Assembly (NCBI GenBank): GCA_943350045.1
Contig: CALQZW010000002.1
Span: 1 to 36,744 of the forward strand
Reading direction: 5' to 3'
DNA length: 36,744 bases
Source: Candidatus Nomurabacteria bacterium
Lineage (GTDB): Bacteria; Patescibacteriota; Minisyncoccia; Phycocordibacterales; UBA9973
Shown here: one piece after another, positions 36,616-36,744 of the stretch
Position numbering within the stretch: position 1 is the first letter of the stretch
Layout: each line of letters opens with the position of its first letter
Translations under genes and position numbers: made by a program
The notes under the pieces: generated by a model
What the model was told of the DNA's origin: nothing
The model's database searches: none
The model's input: only the letters and a program-made list of their open reading frames with translations

Positions 36616-36744
36616 TTAGTGAGTGCGAGCAGTGAGCATGGATACGACCTGAAGAAACTCTGCCTTTGCATTCTCGGGAATGTCGGAATTGGTCAGTGTT
36701 TTTTCTGCAATTTCTTTCTGGTCTGCAATATATTTTTCTGCGTA
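36616..36744 (-). CDS. C-terminal fragment of upstream gene, possibly polyprenyl (GGPP) synthase
   Basis: Open frame YAEKYIADQKEIAEKTLTNSDIPENAKAEFLQVVSMLTARTH* ending 6 nt before crtB; helical tail ending in R-x-x resembles IspA/CrtE ends; assignment mostly from context. Confidence 0.5.
   Translation of the reverse strand, partial: YAEKYIADQKEIAEKTLTNSDIPENAKAEFLQVVSMLTARTH

Overview
A compact chromosomal segment read in the standard genetic code. It is most likely from a Patescibacteria/CPR (Parcubacteria-like) genome; this is an inference from the DUF5654-like gene, short ValS, HTH-MurA fusion and few recognisable Shine-Dalgarno sites. The housekeeping backbone is rplM (end)-rpsI, an ogt-like MGMT, msrA, a Y-family polymerase, Hsp20, prsW, valS, an amidase, tsaD, HTH-murA/murB, ABC and MFS transporters, tRNA-Val(GAC) and nrdAB. 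About ten AT-rich single-gene orphans are interspersed, most with their own promoter and terminator. Main points of interest: (1) downstream of tRNA-Val, two 171-bp highly structured repeats each regenerate the tRNA 3' end and flank cargo genes, with no integrase in the window; (2) a carotenoid locus with crtB, a crtI-family desaturase, lycopene elongase and CruF, suggesting an acyclic C50 (bacterioruberin-like) pathway; (3) a perfect 40-bp palindrome filling the divergent HTH-murA/murB intergenic region; (4) a class Ic (Mn/Fe, no tyrosyl radical) RNR small subunit; (5) a 1.3-kaa surface-anchored beta-helix/LCAT-type lipase; (6) -10 boxes 6-9 nt before many start codons, implying leaderless mRNAs. 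No CRISPR array, transposase or integrase was seen.
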